A stretch of 64,000 bases of DNA, from sequence record MG752970.1; one strand, 5' to 3'. A program made the translations under genes and the position numbers. The notes under the pieces were generated by a model that was given only the letters and a program-made list of their open reading frames with translations, searched no databases and was not told where the DNA came from. How positions within the stretch are numbered: position 1 is the stretch's first letter; every line of letters starts with the position of its first letter. Positions 57,304-64,000 of the stretch are shown here, one piece after another.

Positions 57304-57846
57304 TTACTTAAGTCTTTGTTGGCTTGTATTCAACCCGACAATCAGTCCATGTAAAGAAGCTAGCTCACGTTGAAGATCTTGAAGCTGTCTGGTTGTTTCT
57401 TTACCTTGAAGTTTAACTTCAGTTGTTACTGATGTCAGTTCATGCTTAATGATATTTATCGAATCCACATTACGACCCTGTGAGTCCTTAAGATGCTCAA
57501 TCTCAGTGATAAGTCCATTGATTTTATCAGTGAATTTGTCGTCGTGAATTTTTAAATCGTTGGCGGTAGCCGTGAGAAGATTAAGCTTGTCTTTAAGCTC
57601 ATCGAGAATGGATATTTCTTTGTCACTCATCTTGGTAACTGCGGCTCCCAGCGTAGCGACGTCCGATTTTGATGCTACTTCGTCATTCGGTCCACTTCCT
57701 CCGTTCTTTTTAAAGAACTCGAGGGCTTTAAAGAGAAAATTGACTATCACGTAAGTAATCAAAACAAAGCCAATAATTACTAGACCGACGTCTGAAATAT
57801 TGCCACTTTTGATCGCCTCTAGGATAGCAGAGATGAGGTGTTCCAT
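57304..57846 (-). CDS. Membrane-anchored coiled-coil protein
   Basis: One TM helix then heptad repeats. Confidence 0.75.
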   Translation of the reverse strand: MEHLISAILEAIKSGNISDVGLVIIGFVLITYVIVNFLFKALEFFKKNGGSGPNDEVASKSDVATLGAAVTKMSDKEISILDELKDKLNLLTATANDLKIHDDKFTDKINGLITEIEHLKDSQGRNVDSINIIKHELTSVTTEVKLQGKETTRQLQDLQRELASLHGLIVGLNTSQQRLK

Positions 57847-57870
57847 AGAGTACCAGTAATCATTACTGAA

Positions 57871-57877
57871 TATTTAT
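57871..57877 (-). promoter_or_regulatory. Late promoter box ATAAATA
   Basis: Upstream of 57846 gene. Confidence 0.65.
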
Positions 57878-57900
57878 TCGATTATCGGGTAAACCTTGAC

Positions 57901-58614
57901 TTATAGGAACGATGTAATTGTCAATCCTGCTTCTTTGAGTTGTGACAAAACTTCTTGATCTAGTGGGTGATCAGTGTAATTTTTTAATGCAAATTCAGAA
58001 GTGCCGAACTCCTTCTTGTAGGCAAGGCCTCGTTCTACAATTAGAAGTTTTCCGGTATCATTGAAAATATCCATTGTGTCCTTTGTGAGTGATAGGAATG
58101 GTTTGTCGTTTCCAATTCTCTCACTTTCATGGATAATGTGTAGAAGATTGTACAAAATACCGGTGATCGCAGATACAATTTTTGGATACGCCATGTAGAT
58201 GGTGTATTTGTCAGCTGCCGCGATTTTTGCTTTTGCGTAATCTATGTATGGTCTCTGGAATTTGATAATGTTGCTTACATTATCATTGAAAAGATGTGGC
58301 GCCGCTTGAATGACATCCCCAATTTCCTCTACAACATGCTCAACTGACGCGCTTAAATATGGCTCGTACGTCGAGATGTTGTCCTCTTGTTGATTATCAC
58401 TAACGATCAATGTGAGGAATAGTTTTTCGGTTCGAAGGATCCATTTGAACCATAGATCATAGTTAAGCAGAAGAATTTCTCTGCTTGAATGGGAAAACGA
58501 ACCCTTCGGATTTCTAATCAACTCATTGAATATGAATGCTTGTTGCTGACGAAATTTAGCAATAGAATTGCTAGAGACAATTCTGAATTCAATGTTGTTA
58601 GGGATGTAATTCAT
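57901..58614 (-). CDS. Hypothetical protein
   Basis: 237 aa ORF in operon. Confidence 0.75.
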   Translation of the reverse strand: MNYIPNNIEFRIVSSNSIAKFRQQQAFIFNELIRNPKGSFSHSSREILLLNYDLWFKWILRTEKLFLTLIVSDNQQEDNISTYEPYLSASVEHVVEEIGDVIQAAPHLFNDNVSNIIKFQRPYIDYAKAKIAAADKYTIYMAYPKIVSAITGILYNLLHIIHESERIGNDKPFLSLTKDTMDIFNDTGKLLIVERGLAYKKEFGTSEFALKNYTDHPLDQEVLSQLKEAGLTITSFL

Positions 58615-58616
58615 TT

Positions 58617-59381
58617 TTATTTTAGATTGGAGTGCACATCCTGACCAACAATGAGATGTGCTGGGCCGGTTGCTTTTTCCAACTTCACTGCGCTTGCAAG
58701 CTTTTCATTGTTTACAAACACATTCATGGCTATCATGTTACCCTTTTCGATTGGTGTCTTGAATTGCTTAGAACCAATGCTGAATGTGGCGACAGACTTT
58801 CCGACAGTCAAATTTTCAACCATCAAAATGACGTCCTTTCCTTTAGCCTTTTTAACCTTTACGGGATCTGAAAATAAACGGCAGGTTGCCATGCTTTCAT
58901 AGAAATCGTCATCCTCTTCTTCGTCTTCTTCTTCTTCTTCGGATTCCTCTTCTTCTGATCCATCAGCCTTTTTAACTTTCTTTACTGCATCCTTGACATC
59001 ATCGCCTTCTTCATCTTCGGCATTGTCGTCAGTTGTTTTATCTTCCTTGTCATCCTCGGATGCATCTTCTGGTTCTACGTCAGAAGGAGGTGGAGTTTCT
59101 TCAACAGGAGGAACATCCTTTTTATCTTCTACTGGTGCAACATCAACGCTTGTGATAGCGATAGTAGTTGGAACAACTGGATTTCCAATGTATGACTGGG
59201 AAGTCTGTTTTTCAATCTTGTCATCAAGCAAGTGAATTAGTGACTTGCAGACTTCCATTCTGTTTTGGTCAGGAAGATCATTCAGTGCATTAAATGAGCT
59301 TACAAGATCAGCCCAGACCAATAGACACTTGGCATTGGTCTCGTCGTCCATATTGAATTGTGGAATTATAAGTTTAGACAC
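58617..59381 (-). CDS. Hypothetical protein with long acidic tract
   Basis: GTG start with AAGGA RBS; poly-E/D stretch. Confidence 0.75.
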   Translation of the reverse strand: MSKLIIPQFNMDDETNAKCLLVWADLVSSFNALNDLPDQNRMEVCKSLIHLLDDKIEKQTSQSYIGNPVVPTTIAITSVDVAPVEDKKDVPPVEETPPPSDVEPEDASEDDKEDKTTDDNAEDEEGDDVKDAVKKVKKADGSEEEESEEEEEDEEEDDDFYESMATCRLFSDPVKVKKAKGKDVILMVENLTVGKSVATFSIGSKQFKTPIEKGNMIAMNVFVNNEKLASAVKLEKATGPAHLIVGQDVHSNLK

Positions 59382-59405
59382 GTGCTTTTCCTTTTATTAG
59401 CTGAT

Positions 59406-60074
59406 TTACGATGAAGTATTTATTAGGCTGGTGTAGAATTTGTCAATTCTCTCTGCAAGAATGGAAACATATGGTAACAAATCCTTCTTAAAAATGAGTG
59501 GAAGATTGTTTTCGACAGCCATGATGACAACACCATGCATAATATCTGTTCCAAACATTTCATTATGGGCTAACGCATAAAACGTTACTTGAACCCAATA
59601 ATCTTCAATTTCTTTGTCGGTTTTGTTTCTCAAAGAAGTTTTAAAATCTATGATTGATGGAATTCCATTCCATACACCAATTAAGTCGGTTCTACCTGCA
59701 ACCTGTAGGACATGAGAATATAATGCGGCTTCTTGTCCCCATACTTCGTTGATTTTCTTTACATGCAACTTGATGCTGTTGAAAAGTTTGATATGATCCG
59801 GATGTTGATTTTCAGTTGGATTCGGATGACCTTGCAGAAATTTTTCACACATCAAATGAACTGCAGTTCCTCTTTCACCGGCATCTTTCAATACCTTATC
59901 AGCCTTTTCAGCACCTATGCTTTGACGCCACGCATCTAGTCTTGATTTCTTTTCGGCAGAAACCGTTTGACCGAGAATTGTGGTAATAGATGGATAGTAC
60001 AGGTCTCCTTCGACGTGATACCAGCGTCTATTGTCCACACTAATTGTCTCTAAATCCCTGTACTCGTATTTCAT
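59406..60074 (-). CDS. PD-(D/E)XK exonuclease (Cas4-like, no Fe-S cluster seen)
   Basis: YPSITTIL, RGTAVH..CE, AGRTDLI, IIDFKTS, QVTFY. Confidence 0.85.
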   Translation of the reverse strand: MKYEYRDLETISVDNRRWYHVEGDLYYPSITTILGQTVSAEKKSRLDAWRQSIGAEKADKVLKDAGERGTAVHLMCEKFLQGHPNPTENQHPDHIKLFNSIKLHVKKINEVWGQEAALYSHVLQVAGRTDLIGVWNGIPSIIDFKTSLRNKTDKEIEDYWVQVTFYALAHNEMFGTDIMHGVVIMAVENNLPLIFKKDLLPYVSILAERIDKFYTSLINTSS

Positions 60075-60292
60075 CTTTTCTTTGTCATAAATGTATGGTT
60101 TGTTGGAACTCCAACCTTATGCTTTCTTGCAATCTTTAGTTTTCTAGACAGCTTGAAATTTTTGCGTTTAAAACACGCAGCTGCATTTTTTACTTTCTTG
60201 CCTTTTCTATTTCCAGTGCAGCAAGTGAATGATTCATTTATTCGATAAACTTTAAATTCACTTGATGATTCATTCTTTAGTGTTATTTTCAT
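60071..60292 (-). CDS. Small very basic protein
   Basis: ATGA overlaps at both ends. Confidence 0.6.
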   Translation of the reverse strand: MKITLKNESSSEFKVYRINESFTCCTGNRKGKKVKNAAACFKRKNFKLSRKLKIARKHKVGVPTNHTFMTKKR

Positions 60293-61449
60293 TGTGCATC
60301 TACCTCACCGGTTCGGCCATCTGAATCCAGTAATTGATTGACCAGTTCACCGTCAAGAGTTGCACTCCAACCAGTTGTGTTGCACTTTAGCGTAATGCCG
60401 TCACCGACTGGGGTGATAGTACACGTGGATGCTCCATCAACATTCATTTCTACAGTTTCACCGGTATCAATAGCTTGCCTGATTTGTGCTATTTCATCAT
60501 GTGTGAATTGAAGATCGACGCCATCGGCCTTTATAGAAACTGAGTCATTGGCCATTTGAACTTCACCCTGACTTTCGTGTATAGAATAATCAGAGAATGA
60601 ATCATGGCCTAGAAATTTTAGAAGATAATAGCGCTGATGTTGGTTTAATTCCTTTACATGTTCACCAATGATGTGAACTAATGATTGATAGCGTACAAGC
60701 ATGCTTGGGGTGATTCCCAATTTTGTGGCGACATCTACACCAAGCTGGCGATAACGATTTGACCCTATATACCTGTCAAGACGGGTTCTATCAGGATCCA
60801 TAGCCGATACAGATGAATCAATGTCATCGTCTAGTGCCCCAAATTTTGGTGATTCGTCGCTCGCCTTCGTGAATTGGTTGTCGTCTTCAACGTCATCTTT
60901 GCTTTCGCGAAAACGCGCCTTAAATGATTCTTCTGATTCACCAAGAAATTTCGTCTTGAGTCCCAGTTTGGTAGAATAGCTTTCTGACGTGTCGGATCTA
61001 TCTACGGCTTTATTAAGAGATTCGGATCCATCGGTCATGGTGTCCTCAGCATCTTCATCTGATGGATCATGATCTTCATCTTCATCTTCTTCGTTTTCGT
61101 CGTCATAGCCTTCTGGCCATTCTACGTCAACGATGTCATATTCTTTGTCTAGCTCGGCAAGAACTTCGTCTATGTCGTCATTTTCTGCTAGTTCGTTGGC
61201 CAGTGCAGCTTCGAAATCGTCGGCTTGATCTGCTCTAACGTACACTTTAACGACCGCACCGGTATCAGTTTCCATTCCGAAAACTACGGTGTCAACATCA
61301 TCTATTTCGGCTGCCCTATCCAGTTTAGCATGAACATCGTTATCTGACATTGCTGCCAGCTTTTCAAGATTCTGTTGAGCTCGCTCGCCAGCTTCATCGC
61401 CAGTTGTAACCGGCATTTTTTCTAGAAGCGATTGAAGAAATTTTGTCAT
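60289..61449 (-). CDS. Acidic protein, possibly head-packaged
   Basis: MTKFLQSLLE N-terminus; D/E-rich; preceded by late promoter. Confidence 0.75.
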   Translation of the reverse strand: MTKFLQSLLEKMPVTTGDEAGERAQQNLEKLAAMSDNDVHAKLDRAAEIDDVDTVVFGMETDTGAVVKVYVRADQADDFEAALANELAENDDIDEVLAELDKEYDIVDVEWPEGYDDENEEDEDEDHDPSDEDAEDTMTDGSESLNKAVDRSDTSESYSTKLGLKTKFLGESEESFKARFRESKDDVEDDNQFTKASDESPKFGALDDDIDSSVSAMDPDRTRLDRYIGSNRYRQLGVDVATKLGITPSMLVRYQSLVHIIGEHVKELNQHQRYYLLKFLGHDSFSDYSIHESQGEVQMANDSVSIKADGVDLQFTHDEIAQIRQAIDTGETVEMNVDGASTCTITPVGDGITLKCNTTGWSATLDGELVNQLLDSDGRTGEVDAQ

Positions 61450-61472
61450 TCGTATTTCCTGTTATTTTAAGG

Positions 61473-61479
61473 TATTTAT
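61473..61479 (-). promoter_or_regulatory. Late promoter box ATAAATA
   Basis: Upstream of 61449 gene. Confidence 0.65.
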
Positions 61480-63140
61480 CAAGAGCGTTTCTTCTTTTTG
61501 CGTTTAGCTATCATAGCTTTAGCTTTTGATGAGCGAGTTCTCTTGATCATTGTTCCTCTTGAGAAGAGGGGTTGTGGAAACGTAGCTATATCTGCTGATG
61601 TGACAGCACCGGAATCTACAGCACCACCGTCATCTTCCAACAGTGATTCTGCCATAACTGGTTCGGTAAACAATCTGTCAATTTGCTTAGGAAACATTGC
61701 TAAGTAAATATCGCTGATTCTATTAGCATCCAAAATTTTATTCTCTAAGCTATTCAATTCCTTTCTAGCTTCGGCAAATGCAAGCAGTGTTCTATATTTG
61801 ATTTCATCGTCATACTTTGCTTTCTTATCTCCCTTGAGGTCGACAGAATATGACTTGCTGTGGAGCTTAAACTCACTTAGTGCTTTGTCTAGAGCTTCAA
61901 TCGAATATTGAATGATTGCTTTTGCTTTTCTTTTGACAGAATCTAATTCGATATTTCTGAACTTATCATTGATTGCTGAAACCAAACCATCACGTGTAAT
62001 AGCTCCAAATTTCTTCAGAGTCGATTTTAACGATGATGCATTTGACACATCTGGAATTCCTATGATCTTATATAGGCGCAATTTGGTATTTCCTACGATA
62101 CCGCCTCTAGATGTGAGAGGCGCAGCCGGATCATTGGTAAGAATTTGACCAGATATTGTTCTACGGACTTCGTGATTGAATTTGTTAAGCTTTGTAAAAT
62201 CACCTTTGTCAACGATCTTAGTTTGATCATCTGAATCGGGATCTAGTAAAACTATTCCTTCAACATTTCCATTGCTGGAATTCATCTTTGATTGAATTTT
62301 TCCAGCATATGCATCAAGAAGTTTCTTCTTGATAGGAAGCTTGAAATCGTTGAACAGCGCCGCTGCAACCTTTTCTCTTTCGACTTTGATTGCCGGTCTG
62401 TCTTTTACAGGAACATCATTCAGTGAAACCGTTACCACCTGTCTATTCGTCATTTTGATTCCGACTGCTGACAGCGGTTTATTTGTTTCTTCAAGGTATC
62501 TTTTCAGCTTAAACATTTCTTGCTGAACATTCACCTTTGTTAGAATACTGTTGTTGATGACTTGTGTGGATGTAAATTTCCACTGCGTCAGCTTTTCCTC
62601 TTCCTCTACATTGACACCATCATCGGTGTAAACTTGCATAGTCTTGACGGCGACACTTTTTCCTTTGAGTGCTTCGTCGAGCTTTCCAACAATTTCTTGA
62701 TCTGGTGTTTTATCTGCATCTTGACCCTGAACAGATCTTAGGAATGCAATGTAATTAAATCCGTCTAGATCATATTCAATGGCATTTGGCTGATTTCCGA
62801 AAAGAATTTCACATTCGACTTCTCTCCCGGCACCCACAACATCTCTTAGGATATTAACTACTTTTAGTAAAGCTGCGTGAGCTGATTTAAAACCATTTGC
62901 AGCCCCATTGATCCCGTATTCAGAGGGCTTACGGATGAGGACTGGGGATGATTTACGTCTAGTGTAAAATTTGCCATTGTTGTCGAAGCCGAATGACAAC
63001 TGGGCACCATCTAGCTTCTCTGAGATGATAAATTTCGACAAATTGTCAATTGTACTTATGAATTTGTCGATTGAAAGATCTTCCAGATGCGAAATACCTT
63101 CCGTTAGAATAGGTTGTGCGTATTGCTTAAAGGTTAGCAT
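61479..63140 (-). CDS. Ligase-like covalent nucleotidyltransferase with capsid-targeting-like N-terminus
   Basis: MLTFKQY...ILTE, HLED, SEKLDG (motif I), CEILFG, VEGIVL, TKIVDK. Confidence 0.7.
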   Translation of the reverse strand: MLTFKQYAQPILTEGISHLEDLSIDKFISTIDNLSKFIISEKLDGAQLSFGFDNNGKFYTRRKSSPVLIRKPSEYGINGAANGFKSAHAALLKVVNILRDVVGAGREVECEILFGNQPNAIEYDLDGFNYIAFLRSVQGQDADKTPDQEIVGKLDEALKGKSVAVKTMQVYTDDGVNVEEEEKLTQWKFTSTQVINNSILTKVNVQQEMFKLKRYLEETNKPLSAVGIKMTNRQVVTVSLNDVPVKDRPAIKVEREKVAAALFNDFKLPIKKKLLDAYAGKIQSKMNSSNGNVEGIVLLDPDSDDQTKIVDKGDFTKLNKFNHEVRRTISGQILTNDPAAPLTSRGGIVGNTKLRLYKIIGIPDVSNASSLKSTLKKFGAITRDGLVSAINDKFRNIELDSVKRKAKAIIQYSIEALDKALSEFKLHSKSYSVDLKGDKKAKYDDEIKYRTLLAFAEARKELNSLENKILDANRISDIYLAMFPKQIDRLFTEPVMAESLLEDDGGAVDSGAVTSADIATFPQPLFSRGTMIKRTRSSKAKAMIAKRKKKKRS

Positions 63141-63167
63141 TAGCGTCTCTCTGTGTAACATTTAAGC

Positions 63168-63174
63168 TATTTAT
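63168..63174 (-). promoter_or_regulatory. Late promoter box ATAAATA
   Basis: Upstream of ligase-like gene. Confidence 0.65.
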
Positions 63175-63194
63175 TACCTATAGCTAGAAAATGA

Positions 63195-63218
63195 AAAAGG
63201 GCTAAATTTAGCCCTTTT
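63195..63218. terminator. Terminator
   Basis: 24-bp perfect palindrome AAAAGGGCTAAATTTAGCCCTTTT. Confidence 0.8.
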
Positions 63219-63219
63219 G

Positions 63220-63597
63220 TTAGTCTACGACTATTGGTTCGTTCCATGGATAGTTTGGTGGATAATTTGGAGGATATGCCCAAGGTGTTCCAGTTCTATC
63301 TGATGGATAAATCCATGGTCTATATGGAGGAACAGGATTTGTTCCTGTTTGATTATCTCGTTCGTACTTTTTGATAGCTTCTTCCATTTCTTCGGCTGCT
63401 TTCTTAACTATGTCTTCCTTCACTGATGGTTTTGGCGCCGGTGTAGGAAGTTGAGTTAGTGTTGCTTGTCCGACCTTTTCAACAATCTTTGCCCATTCCT
63501 CGGTGGTAGGAAGTCTACCACCGGTGATTTCAATAAATCCGGCTAACCATTTTGCTAGATCAGACGGAATTGGTTGAACGATGTTAGACGTTGTCAT
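63220..63597 (-). CDS. Hypothetical protein with Pro/Trp/Tyr-rich tail
   Basis: WLAGFIE...PTTEEW pattern. Confidence 0.7.
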   Translation of the reverse strand: MTTSNIVQPIPSDLAKWLAGFIEITGGRLPTTEEWAKIVEKVGQATLTQLPTPAPKPSVKEDIVKKAAEEMEEAIKKYERDNQTGTNPVPPYRPWIYPSDRTGTPWAYPPNYPPNYPWNEPIVVD

Positions 63598-63599
63598 GA

Positions 63600-63926
63600 T
63601 TATCCTAGAAGCTTAACGCGCTTGATATTGAACTTGCGGTGCTTTAAGGCATCACTGGGTTCCCAATTGGACGCGGTAGCATCAAGCCATTGCTCAAACG
63701 TTGGTGCTTTGACATTTTCTAGAAACGCCAGATACATATCGTAAAATTCTTCAAAGCATTTACGATCGTATTCGCCCATTTCTGTCAAATCGATTGCATT
63801 GAGGTTTTCTGTTGGGAGGCGATGAAACAGTGCCTCCCTAGTGGTGACATTACCCTTAGAATCGGTATATTCAAACTTACGGATATTATCTTTTGCTGTC
63901 ATTTTAATCTCAGTAGTCACCGCCAT
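63600..63926 (-). CDS. Hypothetical protein
   Basis: 108 aa ORF in operon. Confidence 0.7.
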   Translation of the reverse strand: MAVTTEIKMTAKDNIRKFEYTDSKGNVTTREALFHRLPTENLNAIDLTEMGEYDRKCFEEFYDMYLAFLENVKAPTFEQWLDATASNWEPSDALKHRKFNIKRVKLLG

Positions 63927-63999
63927 CAGTCTCAGCTGATTCCTGAGGGGCGGCTGTCTCAGTTTCAGGTTGAGCAGGATGCTCGTAATTGTACATGAG
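63910..63999 (-). CDS. C-terminal end of a gene running off the window
   Basis: ...LMYNYEHPAQPETETAAPQESAETDGGDY*, overlapping the 63926 start. Confidence 0.5.
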   Translation of the reverse strand, partial: LMYNYEHPAQPETETAAPQESAETDGGDY

Positions 64000-64000
64000 C

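Noticed and set aside
59406-60074. Cas4 of a CRISPR system
   Set aside because: No repeat-spacer array or other cas genes; no Fe-S cysteines; common stand-alone phage exonuclease
1-64000. Stop-codon reassignment (TAG ends only one called gene, 17770-18228)
   Set aside because: Conserved genes are intact in the standard code with no in-frame TAG or TGA breaks; low TAG use is ordinary

Overview
64 kb of a large T4-superfamily (jumbo-type) myophage genome with no cellular genes, tRNAs or CRISPR array visible. Left to right: gp47/gp46 recombination nuclease and a Holliday-junction-resolvase-like nuclease; a 1.1 kb hairpin-rich non-coding block between convergent terminators; a gp26-like hub/tail chaperone with an unannotated -1 frameshift extension, divergent from a tape-measure-like gene; the head cluster (gp20, gp67-like, gp21, gp22, gp23) and an HNH endonuclease; an accessory block (three paralogous membrane proteins, UDG-like, Rnl2); neck genes gp13/gp14/gp15 interrupted by three tandem ADP-ribosyltransferase-like proteins with capsid-targeting-like N-termini; about 24 kb of fibre/adhesin genes (two beta-helix depolymerases, a GH114/GH166-like hydrolase, foldon-like repeats); holin/spanins, an M23+GH108 muralytic protein and PAAR; an AAA ATPase with an inserted SprT protease; and a leftward block (GroES, degenerate 2OG-Fe oxygenase, PD-(D/E)XK exonuclease, ligase-like and acidic putative head-packaged proteins). 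ATAAATA precedes at least 17 late-type genes. All family calls are from motif recognition by eye, not database searches.
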